Source of the DNA: a virus
Lineage: Duplodnaviria; Caudoviricetes
Length of the DNA stretch: 64,000 nt
Virus record (IMG/VR): IMGVR_UViG_3300021963_000022
Reading direction: 5' to 3' (one strand)
Shown: positions 53,263 to 63,563 of the stretch, piece after piece
Position numbering within the stretch: position 1 is the stretch's first letter
Layout: every line of letters begins with the position of its first letter
The notes under the pieces: generated by a model
What the model saw: only the letters and a program-made list of their open reading frames with translations
What the model was told of the DNA's origin: nothing
Databases searched by the model: none
Position numbers and translations under genes: made by a program

Positions 53263-53539
53263 GAACTATTTTAAAATACATATTGGGGACAAAGAATTAT
53301 TCAAAGATATATTGCCCAATACATCTTGGCAAGAGAAAGACATATTAGGTAAACTAATGGCTGACTATATCCCGTTAAGATTACATGAAATGATACCCGT
53401 TAGTGAGTATTATGAATGTAGATGGGATAGTATTGATAGTTACAATGAAGTTATCAATACTATTGAGTATAGTCAGATAATAAACAAGCTATTAGAGTAT
53501 TCAGCTAACGTTGAGTGGTTTGAGTTTCTGCCAAGCTAA
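53249..53539 (+). CDS. hypothetical protein
   Basis: 96 aa ORF. Confidence 0.55.
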   Translation: MNMYKNYFKIHIGDKELFKDILPNTSWQEKDILGKLMADYIPLRLHEMIPVSEYYECRWDSIDSYNEVINTIEYSQIINKLLEYSANVEWFEFLPS

Positions 53540-54025
53540 GTTTTCTACACTATTATCTCTTATTTCATAGTTTTCTAATGTGGGGTAGAGCCAAATATTA
53601 TCTACTAGATTGTTCTTATCAAATGTATTGATAATATCTGCTACTTTAACAGGATCTATTTGTTTATGCATATACAGATAGATTGTAGTATAAACCTTTA
53701 AGCTATCAGTAAATCCGCTTTCAATCATTTTAGATAGTCCTATACCAGTATTAGTAGTATATCCCTCTAGACTCTCAATGGGCATTAACATGATAACTTT
53801 ATTGCCTATAATGTCTTTAGTGTAGTCATCACCGATGTTACTGACAATTGTATAATCTATTTCATTTAGATTATTGCGTACAATGTTATTGTACTCACAG
53901 TTGTTGCCGATAAAGTTCATATTCCTTGTTCCATATTGAGTTGTATTCAGTATTTTTATAGTTCGTAAACCATGGACCACCGTCAGTATAATGTAAAGCT
54001 TTAGGTGTTCCGGTACAATACCCAA
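53501..54025 (-). CDS. hypothetical protein
   Basis: ORF in track; true start probably 53920 (MNFIG). Confidence 0.5.
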   Translation of the reverse strand: MGIVPEHLKLYIILTVVHGLRTIKILNTTQYGTRNMNFIGNNCEYNNIVRNNLNEIDYTIVSNIGDDYTKDIIGNKVIMLMPIESLEGYTTNTGIGLSKMIESGFTDSLKVYTTIYLYMHKQIDPVKVADIINTFDKNNLVDNIWLYPTLENYEIRDNSVENLAWQKLKPLNVS

Positions 54026-54554
54026 CTAAGTGATTCCAAGCAGTGTCTATTGATCCTATATGTTTATCGTCTAACCATTTAAATTGATGTAGATAATTTG
54101 GTTCCATATTGTTTACGTCTATATTTCTATTTAATATGTGTTCACAGTTGAATAGAATAAGACTAGACCAATTCTTTCTAGGATAAGAATATTGTGTTTT
54201 GTTATCCATTTTAATTGATGTTTTTGGTGTGTAGGCGTGTTTGACTACCATAACAGCATAGTCGTTATTAACTGTGTTGAATAGTTCATTTACATCAGTT
54301 AAGAACAAGAAATCGCAGTCGCAGAACAATGCCCAGCCAGTATATTTATTAAGTAATGGCACCGTGAATCTAGTTAATGTAAATTCTGTACTAGCCTTAT
54401 CGTCTATGGGCCTGGTGTAGATATGTTTGTCTCGTAGTTCCTGTTGAACTATGGGTAATACATTTACATTGCTATGTCGTAAGATGCTGTGTTTACATAC
54501 TTCATAAACGTTATTAAGCCTAGAATCATATCCAACATATACGTTATTTGTCAT
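53895..54554 (-). CDS. GT-A glycosyltransferase (GT8-like)
   Basis: YVGYD, STEFTLTRF, DCDFLF (DxD), RKNWSS, HYTDGGPW. Confidence 0.85.
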   Translation of the reverse strand: MTNNVYVGYDSRLNNVYEVCKHSILRHSNVNVLPIVQQELRDKHIYTRPIDDKASTEFTLTRFTVPLLNKYTGWALFCDCDFLFLTDVNELFNTVNNDYAVMVVKHAYTPKTSIKMDNKTQYSYPRKNWSSLILFNCEHILNRNIDVNNMEPNYLHQFKWLDDKHIGSIDTAWNHLVGYCTGTPKALHYTDGGPWFTNYKNTEYNSIWNKEYELYRQQL

Positions 54555-55104
54555 CTACCACTATCCAGCCTAGTTTTAGTAAGTCTTCTCTAATTTCGTC
54601 TGTTACCGCACTTTCGGGAACAAAATTCTTACCTTGTATATAGTATTCTTGTTGTTCTTTAGTTAAGCTATTGAATTCATCGTCATCTAATATTTTACTA
54701 TCTCTAATCCCAGAACAATACCAATCAATGTAATCACCCTTCTCTTGCATGTCGGCAATAATACCGCCGGCATGTCTCCAACTGCAACTCCATTTCTTTT
54801 CAGTCAGTATGGGCCATACATCATTCTTAGTAAAGTCATTGTTACACATAGAAGCATAAAGATGTTGTGCGTACACATTGTCTTTTTTGACTTTATCAAC
54901 AATCCATTGAGTACTACGCAAGTCGTACTCCATGTTGTCTATTTTCCATTCATATGTTTCTTCAAGGTCAAGCTGCCGTTGATGAGAACTTTTATAAAAG
55001 TCAATCATTTCTTCTGCTGATTCCACAGTTTTCTCACCCAGTTTAACTTTCTCAACTAGATTTTTTATTTGAAATGTCCCACGTTCTTTGCTTCTTACTA
55101 TCAT
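54544..55104 (-). CDS. hypothetical phage protein
   Basis: 186 aa; YASMCNN, CSWRHAGG, YIDWYCSG. Confidence 0.75.
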   Translation of the reverse strand: MIVRSKERGTFQIKNLVEKVKLGEKTVESAEEMIDFYKSSHQRQLDLEETYEWKIDNMEYDLRSTQWIVDKVKKDNVYAQHLYASMCNNDFTKNDVWPILTEKKWSCSWRHAGGIIADMQEKGDYIDWYCSGIRDSKILDDDEFNSLTKEQQEYYIQGKNFVPESAVTDEIREDLLKLGWIVVDDK

Positions 55105-55649
55105 TTTTTATAAATCTTACTATAGAATATATGGTTACCGATCTCTGCTACTTTACGATATGGCCAATTAGGTTGTACAGTGGTGTTATGAAAGAACAAG
55201 GTACTACGAGGTACAACATCTTTATACATACCCAGTACCATTACTTCATATGCTGTTTGTAACGATTTAATGTATCGTGCATCACGTTTATTGGGTGGTG
55301 CTTTGTTCTCACATACCCAACTAAACTGACAGATTTTCTTATTGTCTATATTTGTAACTTGATTGATTACTTTACATGGGTTAGCACCAAAGCCATGACG
55401 CACTCTGTTTAATACTACATGTGCTACGGCTGCTTGTCCTTTAAGTGGTTCACTGCCTGCTTCAAAGAATATGTTATTAGCCATGCATATTAGTTGTTTC
55501 ATATCTACCATTTTGTTAGACAGAGAATTTTGCATGACGGGGACTACTGTTGTTTTGGGAAGTAATGTTCCAAGTAAAAGAATGGACATTACGATTAAAA
55601 ACTTAAAGTTCTCTAATAGAGAAGTTTTCATATTATTCCTTTCGTTCAT
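55101..55649 (-). CDS. cell wall hydrolase (SleB/Hydrolase_2)
   Basis: CMANNIFFEAGSE, VVLNRV, CQFSW, IGNHIFY. Confidence 0.92.
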   Translation of the reverse strand: MNERNNMKTSLLENFKFLIVMSILLLGTLLPKTTVVPVMQNSLSNKMVDMKQLICMANNIFFEAGSEPLKGQAAVAHVVLNRVRHGFGANPCKVINQVTNIDNKKICQFSWVCENKAPPNKRDARYIKSLQTAYEVMVLGMYKDVVPRSTLFFHNTTVQPNWPYRKVAEIGNHIFYSKIYKK

Positions 55650-55697
55650 ATAGTATACACTATATGTGATAAGTACACAACCTTAGTTTAACCGAAT

Positions 55698-57686
55698 TTA
55701 TAGGTTATCCCAGCAGTCGCAGTTACATCTAATAACATCATCGATTGCTTCTAAAGGTGTATAGATTGATGGTATCACAGTAGTTGGAGCATATGTATAC
55801 ACATCAAGATTTTCGGGTATTAAGTTAGTTTCAGGGCTACCAGCTAAACTTCCCGGTATAGCTACCCCTGTCAATTTTGGTATACCCAAATTGTTTACAA
55901 ACGTAATCGATAGCTTATTGTCAATATCATTATCTAATATGCCGCCGGCTAACATAATACGTTGTGCGTTGCGAATTTCTCGCATTAATCCTATGATACT
56001 TCTACCACCAACGGTAGTAATGTCAGAGATTTTTTCCAATACATCAACACTCATTTCTGCTTGAGTTTCTGTTGCATATTGGTTAATCATATCTACAAAA
56101 CTGTAGATATCAGCTAATGCGCCCACTGTATCCACTGATATAGTGTCGCTTCTAAGATCAATTTCTTTTTGAAGTTGTGTTCCTAGATCGTTCCATAATG
56201 TATTCAAGTATGCGGCATCAGTTGGGTTATTAGTCATGATAGCGGCTACTTCTGTATTTGCATCATTTATTAAACCTTGTAATGCTGTATATGGACCTGC
56301 AGTTAATAATAAACTATTAATGTTAGCATATATTGTTGTTAGGTTAGATGATTGTAGTTTAAGAATATATGTTTGTATCTCATCTAATTTGTATGCATTA
56401 CCCACTAATGCACCAAAGAAGTCATACATAGTATACGTACCACTATCACCTGATCCATTTGCTATTTGTGCTAATGCAGGTGCTACAAGTGTTTGATTTG
56501 TTGGTACATCAGTATTATTAAGATTCAAGTCTTTCAATGTTTCCATATTAGCTACAACTTGTGCTAATTTTTGTACGTCCATTGAAGCAATATTTTTAAT
56601 CTGTTGTATCGTTGTACTAAACGCATCACAGGCGGCTGCTATATCACTAGGAATAACATTGTTTAATCTTGTGCCATATGATAGTAATTGACTGTTTACT
56701 CCAGTGCCTTCATATATCAAATAGTATGTTTTACTATTAGTAGGTAAATCTATTGAGTTGTATTTAGGTACGGTCAATGTTGAGTAACTGTTGGGGAATA
56801 TCTTAATAGGGTTTAACAAATCTGCAAGAGTGTTTAATCCTTTTGTTTGACAGTTTAAAGGTATCAATACATTTTCTAAGTCAGTACCCATTATAATCTT
56901 ATATGCTGTATAGATTTTCTTTTGTTGTTCTATAGTAGCGGGTGTAGTAGCTGTTAGAATACTTAATATTTCAGGAGAGGTTAGTCCTGTAGCTAGTAAA
57001 GCCAATGATACAGCTTTAGTGAATGCGTTATTAGCTTGTAGAGTTAGTAGCAAGTCAGCCGGGTTACCAAACGTTGCTATTTTCTTTAAGTCTAAAGCAC
57101 GACCTAAGTTAATTAGATCCTGTCCCCAATATATTGTAGATAGACTGACACCGGTAACGTCTCCGGTTACCAGATCATCCATGTTACTATATGCGCCTTT
57201 TAAGAAGTCTGCGCTATTGACCATGCTACTAATAACATCATTGTTGCTGTTTACATAGTTATGACATACCATATAGCTATTAACAAAGTCAGCATATGTT
57301 CCACCATTTGGGTGTAGTTCGTTATATGCTTGAATAGCTAATTGTGCAATAAATCCAAACTTATTATGAGTAGTAGATATTGATGTAGTGTAAGTAGTTG
57401 GTGGGGTATTACCTAATGCACGTATAGATCCTGCACCTATACTGATTAGATTATCATATGTACCTTGAGTTATACCTGATCCAATTTTGCCCTGTGCATA
57501 TATTGCTGAGAGCATAAGATTTAGCAAGCAAGTTGCACCAACTATACTTCCATAACTATATGTAGTAGGTGGTGTATAACCACCGGCATAGTCAGAGCTA
57601 TACTGACCCTGCTTGAATCCTATGCTTTGCATTAATGAGCTTAAAACATTAAGACTCAGTGGAGTTTGTTTACCTGCTAGACTCAT
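55698..57686 (-). CDS. hypothetical 662 aa protein, probably tail/baseplate associated
   Basis: Long ORF directly downstream of the PAAR gene. Confidence 0.65.
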   Translation of the reverse strand: MSLAGKQTPLSLNVLSSLMQSIGFKQGQYSSDYAGGYTPPTTYSYGSIVGATCLLNLMLSAIYAQGKIGSGITQGTYDNLISIGAGSIRALGNTPPTTYTTSISTTHNKFGFIAQLAIQAYNELHPNGGTYADFVNSYMVCHNYVNSNNDVISSMVNSADFLKGAYSNMDDLVTGDVTGVSLSTIYWGQDLINLGRALDLKKIATFGNPADLLLTLQANNAFTKAVSLALLATGLTSPEILSILTATTPATIEQQKKIYTAYKIIMGTDLENVLIPLNCQTKGLNTLADLLNPIKIFPNSYSTLTVPKYNSIDLPTNSKTYYLIYEGTGVNSQLLSYGTRLNNVIPSDIAAACDAFSTTIQQIKNIASMDVQKLAQVVANMETLKDLNLNNTDVPTNQTLVAPALAQIANGSGDSGTYTMYDFFGALVGNAYKLDEIQTYILKLQSSNLTTIYANINSLLLTAGPYTALQGLINDANTEVAAIMTNNPTDAAYLNTLWNDLGTQLQKEIDLRSDTISVDTVGALADIYSFVDMINQYATETQAEMSVDVLEKISDITTVGGRSIIGLMREIRNAQRIMLAGGILDNDIDNKLSITFVNNLGIPKLTGVAIPGSLAGSPETNLIPENLDVYTYAPTTVIPSIYTPLEAIDDVIRCNCDCWDNL

Positions 57687-57964
57687 GGGACGAATACATC
57701 AGGACTACCTTTTACGATACTATGACCGCAACTATTTCCTGACCCCACTCTGAGTACAGGTGAGCCTTCACAGAATACTGTTGGGCTACCTGATGTAGTA
57801 GTTGCGGCTCTATGAGGAGGGTGTGATCGACCCCATGGTGAGTGGGGTGTCATAGTACTAACGTGTAGTCCTACTTTGATACCATTAGCAAATACAGTAG
57901 AAGCACCTCTGACGATACCTCCACCTGCTTGATTCTGATCACCTACCCTACTCAATTTTGCCAT
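57683..57964 (-). CDS. PAAR-like spike tip protein
   Basis: LSRVGD..GASTVFANG..GSPTVFCEG..RVG..CGH..GSPDVF. Confidence 0.88.
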   Translation of the reverse strand: MAKLSRVGDQNQAGGGIVRGASTVFANGIKVGLHVSTMTPHSPWGRSHPPHRAATTTSGSPTVFCEGSPVLRVGSGNSCGHSIVKGSPDVFVP

Positions 57965-57965
57965 A

Positions 57966-58271
57966 TTAACCTAATATTAGTTTTTTATCAGGAATCTTAA
58001 TTCCTGTTGTTGCTTCAATGTATTTCATCTTAATGCTATCTTCAGTCTCAGCATACATTGTAACGTTATTAGTATTTAGTCTGAATTCACCCTTCGGTTC
58101 TGCAGTAAATACGCTAGGAATCATTTGCATACCCTGTTGCATAGGTGCAATAGAGACTGGTTCTTCAATTTCAATAAAGTCTCCACCGGATTGGATAACT
58201 TTAGCGATAAGTTCTTCTCCTGAGTTAAGTTTAAATGTATATACTTGATTTTGTTTTAGTGTTATTTGCAT
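57966..58271 (-). CDS. hypothetical phage protein (Sm-like)
   Basis: FKLNSGEELIAK motif. Confidence 0.75.
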   Translation of the reverse strand: MQITLKQNQVYTFKLNSGEELIAKVIQSGGDFIEIEEPVSIAPMQQGMQMIPSVFTAEPKGEFRLNTNNVTMYAETEDSIKMKYIEATTGIKIPDKKLILG

Positions 58272-58501
58272 TAATTGCTTTCTATTAGTTTTTGTTTAAG
58301 TTCGGTGAATCCACCGATCAATTCTCCATCTAAGAAGATTTGTGGTACTGTACGAGCAGTTGGCACTGCTTCTAATAATTCTTCTTTAGTGTATCCGTCA
58401 CCGATCTTCTTTTCTTCAAATTCGATGCCTTTTTGTTTTAATAATGCCTTTGCTTGATCGCAATAAGGGCAGTGGTATTTACTCCATACGATTGCTTTCA
58501 T
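58271..58501 (-). CDS. glutaredoxin
   Basis: CPYC active site, RTVPQIF, IGGF; start reassigned to MKAIV. Confidence 0.93.
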   Translation of the reverse strand: MKAIVWSKYHCPYCDQAKALLKQKGIEFEEKKIGDGYTKEELLEAVPTARTVPQIFLDGELIGGFTELKQKLIESN

Positions 58502-58509
58502 ATTACCTC

Positions 58510-58653
58510 TTATTTCCAAAAGAATAATATTGCTTTTAGTTTATCAATATACTTTTGTAAGTATTTTGTTTGAATGTCTTTTGCGTATTGTGGTTGAGAG
58601 AAGTTCCAACCTATAAATGCACCTACTACTATATAAAATAATGTTTCTAACAT
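58510..58653 (-). CDS. small membrane protein (47 aa)
   Basis: AGG RBS; MLETLFYIVVGAFIGWNFSQPQYAKDIQ.. Confidence 0.65.
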   Translation of the reverse strand: MLETLFYIVVGAFIGWNFSQPQYAKDIQTKYLQKYIDKLKAILFFWK

Positions 58654-58665
58654 ACCTTTTCTCCT

Positions 58666-59103
58666 TTATTGTTGTCCTAATAGTTTTTTCATTGTTCTTA
58701 CGTGTACCCTATCTTTTTCTTTTTCTTCTTCAGGAAGTTGTTCATAAGGTACATGTTGTGCGGCATTGTAATCTTGTTTGGGATTACGTCTCATCCATTG
58801 AATATGTATATATTCGCTAGCTTGTTCTTCATCATTAGGAAACTGTTTAACTGCTTCTAATGCGGCTTGACCGGCAGCTAAGTTTTCTTTCTGCCAATCA
58901 GGATGAATTTTGTTAAACGATTGATTGATATCACCTTCAGTACCATCACTATTCTTTTTAATTCTAGGCTTTGTACCGGTAGGATCATAATTCTTACGCC
59001 ATTCTTCATGCGCTAAACTAGCAAATTTTGTGACTGGATCTTCATTAATTTGCATAGATTCATTAATCATGTTTAATTGTTTTCTAATATCTTTTTCTAT
59101 CAC
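58666..59103 (-). CDS. hypothetical protein with RyR-repeat-like motif
   Basis: HEEW..; VPYEQLPEEEKEKDR. Confidence 0.6.
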   Translation of the reverse strand: MIEKDIRKQLNMINESMQINEDPVTKFASLAHEEWRKNYDPTGTKPRIKKNSDGTEGDINQSFNKIHPDWQKENLAAGQAALEAVKQFPNDEEQASEYIHIQWMRRNPKQDYNAAQHVPYEQLPEEEKEKDRVHVRTMKKLLGQQ

Positions 59104-60200
59104 AGTACTGGTAACTCCTCATAGTTAACTACATCTGACATAACGCCAATAACGTAGTTAGTAGATTCGTTTTCTTGTAACGCTGTTTGTTTCTTGTTAA
59201 TGTTTACGTGCTTGTTGAACCATGGAATAGGACTAGACCTAGGATGATTCTCCGCATACTTAATACCTATTTCTTTTAGTTTAATAAATGCAGTATGGTC
59301 TACAAAGTCTTGTAAGATTTCTGCATTCAACCCAATTACTACACCTTTACTGAATAAGTATGTTGCCCATTCTTTTTCTTCTCTGATGACTTCCATATAT
59401 AAACTATATACTTCTTTTTGCATTTCATTTGAAATTTGTACAAACTCGTTATCGTCTTTTGTAACATTATTAATTAACCATGCTGTCCATTCTGAGTGAA
59501 GCAACTCATCTTGCAGGATCAAAGAGATAATGTTTCCGTTACCAATGTAAATCTTGTTCTCTACCATAGCAAGACTTGTTGCAAAACTAACCATAAAGCG
59601 TAATGCTTCTAATGCATAACTTGCATGTAGAGCCATCCAAATAGCTTTTTTATGTTCGTGTAGGTCTACTTCTATCCCTAATTCTTTCTTACAGTTAAGT
59701 TGATGTAGTGCTTCATAGTGACGACCTATGTTAGCTGCCATTCCCACAATCTCTGTAGTATCATGTATCTTATTAAATTCTTCTTTAGGCACTCCGTATA
59801 CATTACGAATGATGTGGCTATAACTCTTACTATGAATGCTTGTTTCAAAGAATCCCCAAGTAAGAGTTAACGCTTCGAGTTCCGGGATACTACACACAGG
59901 ACCGAATACTTGGCTTGGGGCTCTACCTTGAATGCTATCAAGTGCCGTTTGACGTAACAGATTTGAAGTAAAAATATGTTTAATGGCATCACTTGATTCC
60001 TTATGGTCAATTTTATCTTTTGTCAGACTAATCTCTTCCGGTACCCAAAAGAAACCACGTGCTGTTTCTTCATACTTTTGTAATTTAGGATACTTTACTT
60101 CTTCGAATCTCTGTACTGTAACTGGGCCGGCTGGGTCCAAAAACATCTTACGTGACAGATAGTCTGTCTTTGTTGTTAAATTATATTGACTGGTGCTCAT
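59100..60200 (-). CDS. nrdB: class Ia ribonucleotide reductase beta subunit
   Basis: FFWVPEEISL, LDSIQG, E..HSKSY (Tyr radical), EALRF, DELLH. Confidence 0.96.
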   Translation of the reverse strand: MSTSQYNLTTKTDYLSRKMFLDPAGPVTVQRFEEVKYPKLQKYEETARGFFWVPEEISLTKDKIDHKESSDAIKHIFTSNLLRQTALDSIQGRAPSQVFGPVCSIPELEALTLTWGFFETSIHSKSYSHIIRNVYGVPKEEFNKIHDTTEIVGMAANIGRHYEALHQLNCKKELGIEVDLHEHKKAIWMALHASYALEALRFMVSFATSLAMVENKIYIGNGNIISLILQDELLHSEWTAWLINNVTKDDNEFVQISNEMQKEVYSLYMEVIREEKEWATYLFSKGVVIGLNAEILQDFVDHTAFIKLKEIGIKYAENHPRSSPIPWFNKHVNINKKQTALQENESTNYVIGVMSDVVNYEELPVL

Positions 60201-60781
60201 TTTTTACCTTTTGTTTGTATTTTATTTTCAAAAACATTAGGTGCTGCTACGGGGTGTTTCGCACATGCTTTTGGATCTCCCTGTCCTGCTTCAGTTAAGA
60301 AATCAACTCCTTTTTGAATTTGATTGATTGGGCATTTGCAACTAGCTGTTTGTGTTCCATTGATAGTTTTATCATATGTACATACCATACTCCAGCAATT
60401 TGTGCTACCGGCTGCTAACTCTCCAGGACATGATTGAACAGTGGCTCTAGTTGCACTCTTTGGCTTTTGTACAAAGTTACTTGCTTCTTGTGGATAGAAT
60501 ACTTTAGGTGCAAACAAACTCCATACGCTGTTAGCATCAGGGGCGGCACAACTACCCTTCATATTTCCACCTGTCAAATCAGCAATAGCCAAACCTTCAA
60601 GTACAGGACATGTACAACTTACTTCAGGCCATACTTGTCCGTCATTGGTTGTAATAGTTTTTCCAGTAGTTTTACAAGTAGAGGCTGCACATAGTGCATA
60701 CTTACCGTTACACAATGCAATTTCTTGTGCTTGTGCATTACCGAATATAAAAAGTGATAAGATTAATAATAGTTTTTTCAT
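60197..60781 (-). CDS. secreted Cys-rich hypothetical protein
   Basis: Signal peptide and about 11 Cys. Confidence 0.7.
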   Translation of the reverse strand: MKKLLLILSLFIFGNAQAQEIALCNGKYALCAASTCKTTGKTITTNDGQVWPEVSCTCPVLEGLAIADLTGGNMKGSCAAPDANSVWSLFAPKVFYPQEASNFVQKPKSATRATVQSCPGELAAGSTNCWSMVCTYDKTINGTQTASCKCPINQIQKGVDFLTEAGQGDPKACAKHPVAAPNVFENKIQTKGKK

Positions 60782-60790
60782 GTTTTTCCT

Positions 60791-63118
60791 TTATAGAACG
60801 CAACTTTCGCAATATTCTTCATCTTCAATTGCATCTAATTTAATGAAGGGTATTACATTATTTTCTTCAGATAGAGCAGCCTTTGAACCCATTTTGTTAA
60901 TCAAGCTGTAGTATACCGTTTTAATACCCCACTTATAAGCAAGCATTAAGTTCTTGCTAATCAATGTACCGGGTACTTTACCTTTATCAAAGAATGCAGG
61001 GTTATAGAATGTGTTAGTACTAATCGATTGGTCGATGTATGCTGCCAGTACTGCCGCAGTTTTTAAATATTCTACACAATCTTTTTGATCCCACATCAAC
61101 TGATAGCGGTTCTTTAATCTTTTGTATTCTGGAACAACTTGTACAAAACTACCTGCTTTAGATTCTTTTACACTAATCATTTCCATTGGCATCTCAATGC
61201 CATTTGTTGAGTTTAATACTACTGAGCTAGATTCAACAGGTGCTATAGCCATTAGTGTAGCATTACGGATACCATGTTTCAGTAGTTTTTGACGAAGTAG
61301 TTCCCAATCCATACTAGGTGTAAAGTCTGTTAGTTCATCTACACCTTTGTTTCTACGTTCCCAGGGAAATATACCTTTGCCATAATATGTTTGTGCAGAC
61401 TTCTCACAAGCACCTTTTTCTTCTGCTAACTCTACTGATGTTTCAGTTAGATAGAATGCCTGATGTTCCATCCAACGTTTAACTTCTGCTAGTGCTTCTT
61501 TCTCACCGTATTTGTAATTACGTTTTGCATGCCAGTAAGCTAAATTAGTAATACCAACTCCTAAAGGCTCAAAGTCTAGATTAGCTAGTTTACTTTGAAC
61601 GCTCAAGAAGTCTTGGTAACTTAGGAGATTGCTTAGTGAACGTACTAATACTCTACAAGCCTTACGCATCTCTTGTGGTGTTCTAAATGCACCCCAGTTA
61701 ATGCTACCCAATGTACATAGGGCTATGCGTCCTGTCTCGTCTTCAATTCGCTGAAAAGGCTTAGTAGGTAATAGTATCTCTTGGCACAAGTTACTTTGAT
61801 AAATCGGATCAACGGTTGTATCAAACGGTCCTTGATTGATAACGTTATCAATGTTAACCATATAGATACGACCAGTATCTGTTCTTTCTTTAAGAATACC
61901 ATTCTTAAAAATCTCTACTGCCGATATCGTTTTCTTTTTGATACCACGCTTGTGTTCGTACATAGTGTATAGTTTTTCAAACTCAGCACTATCTCTGTAA
62001 TATGCTTCATATAGATCAGGTACTTCATGTGGATCAAACAATGTCATATTCTCATTGTTACGATAACGATTCCAGAACATCTTATTGACTACAACACTAT
62101 AGTCCATTTGACGTACACGTGTTTCTTCTGTACCTTGATTGTTCTTCAATACAATTAAATCTTCAAACTGATAGTGCCATACTGGGAATGTAACTGTGCA
62201 ACTTGCATTACGTACACCACCTTGACTGCAACTACGTAGATCACCAAACCATTTCTTCAAGAAAGGAATCATGCCTGTATGTTTGATTTCTCCGTTACGA
62301 ATAGGTGAGCCTAGTGGGCGAATGCGCCCAATCTCTAATCCTATGCCAGCACGTTTGCTAGCATACTTTGCCATCATTTCACCAGCCGCAAAAATACTAT
62401 CGAGAGTATCATCACTAGAAATAAGAACACAGGAACTAAACTGCTTGGTAGTAGTACCGAGACCAGCAAGAACTGGAGTAGCGAGGGTAAAATGACCATC
62501 GCTCGCACATTCATAATATTCTTTAACATATTTTAGTCTCTTTTCTATTGGTTCATTGTGGAATGCCGTTGCGGCTGCTATTGCATAACGAATCTGAGGA
62601 GTCTCATAAATTTGACCAGTAGCACGGTTCTGTACTAAGTACTTTTCTGCTAGTTGAGCGATAGCCGCATAGGTGTAATTTTCGTCCTTACTATGGTCTA
62701 TAAACAAATCAATGATATCCCATTCCTCTTTAGTATACCATTTTAATAGTTCATCAGTGTACATACCTAATTCTATATTCTTTTTAACAATTTCATATAG
62801 CGCTGGAGGTGTGTAATTACCGTATACTTCTTTACGTAGCATAGAGACCTTTTGTCTACCTGCTACATATTGATAGTTAACGTTGTTAATGTCTGGGTTT
62901 TCTGTTTCATCAATCAAGTTTACCATTGCTTTAAGCAATAGTTCATCGATTGTTTTTGTGCTCATTCCATCATGTAATTCTATTTGAGCTTTGATTTCTA
63001 TCATGCTAGGGCTTACGTTATCTATGCCTTTGCATCCAAAACTTACTTGTCTTTGTATTTTACTAATATCTAGTGGTACTATTTTGCCGTTACGTTTAAC
63101 TACATTTATGTTGTTCAT
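60791..63118 (-). CDS. nrdA: class Ia ribonucleotide reductase alpha subunit with ATP cone
   Basis: VVKRNG cone, QFSSC, SNLCQE, APVESSS, C-terminal CESC; no intron or intein. Confidence 0.97.
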   Translation of the reverse strand: MNNINVVKRNGKIVPLDISKIQRQVSFGCKGIDNVSPSMIEIKAQIELHDGMSTKTIDELLLKAMVNLIDETENPDINNVNYQYVAGRQKVSMLRKEVYGNYTPPALYEIVKKNIELGMYTDELLKWYTKEEWDIIDLFIDHSKDENYTYAAIAQLAEKYLVQNRATGQIYETPQIRYAIAAATAFHNEPIEKRLKYVKEYYECASDGHFTLATPVLAGLGTTTKQFSSCVLISSDDTLDSIFAAGEMMAKYASKRAGIGLEIGRIRPLGSPIRNGEIKHTGMIPFLKKWFGDLRSCSQGGVRNASCTVTFPVWHYQFEDLIVLKNNQGTEETRVRQMDYSVVVNKMFWNRYRNNENMTLFDPHEVPDLYEAYYRDSAEFEKLYTMYEHKRGIKKKTISAVEIFKNGILKERTDTGRIYMVNIDNVINQGPFDTTVDPIYQSNLCQEILLPTKPFQRIEDETGRIALCTLGSINWGAFRTPQEMRKACRVLVRSLSNLLSYQDFLSVQSKLANLDFEPLGVGITNLAYWHAKRNYKYGEKEALAEVKRWMEHQAFYLTETSVELAEEKGACEKSAQTYYGKGIFPWERRNKGVDELTDFTPSMDWELLRQKLLKHGIRNATLMAIAPVESSSVVLNSTNGIEMPMEMISVKESKAGSFVQVVPEYKRLKNRYQLMWDQKDCVEYLKTAAVLAAYIDQSISTNTFYNPAFFDKGKVPGTLISKNLMLAYKWGIKTVYYSLINKMGSKAALSEENNVIPFIKLDAIEDEEYCESCVL

Positions 63119-63128
63119 TTTTTACCTG

Positions 63129-63563
63129 TTATAATTTTTTATGCAATTCAGCAACGCTAATTCGGCGTTTGATTGTAAAATCTGTTGAATTTATATTTAC
63201 TACCATATCGGGCCAGTAATTAAGTACATATTTTGCACTATCAACCAAGACTAATACTACATCTTCTCCACTTAAATCTGTTGCTTCTGCTATTTCAATG
63301 TCGGAAATTCCTATCAATAACAGAGTATAACACATTCCTAGTGCTCTTGCAACAGTACAATAGGTGTTTTCTACCAAAAGATCCCATGGTCCGGGCCACC
63401 GATCACTATCAAATAAATGCAAATGGTGATTGACTAATGGGGCATTTTGCCACCATTTGTCCACTTCTATACATTTAGTCTTAACATCACTATCTTCTAG
63501 TTTTTCTCTTAATTTGTACCAGTCGCTGAGCCTGGTATCATAATTCAATTGGAATACATTCAT
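63129..63563 (-). CDS. hypothetical phage protein
   Basis: 144 aa; WPGPWDLL..YC..ALG. Confidence 0.75.
   Translation of the reverse strand: MNVFQLNYDTRLSDWYKLREKLEDSDVKTKCIEVDKWWQNAPLVNHHLHLFDSDRWPGPWDLLVENTYCTVARALGMCYTLLLIGISDIEIAEATDLSGEDVVLVLVDSAKYVLNYWPDMVVNINSTDFTIKRRISVAELHKKL

Noticed and set aside
38344-54554. RiPP (radical SAM peptide) biosynthetic cluster
   Set aside because: No recognisable precursor peptide, RRE/PqqD domain or transporter. The 44-aa ORF at 38154 is divergently transcribed and better explained by the attenuator geometry.
59100-63118. Introns or inteins in nrdA/nrdB
   Set aside because: Both ORFs are continuous and of normal class Ia length.
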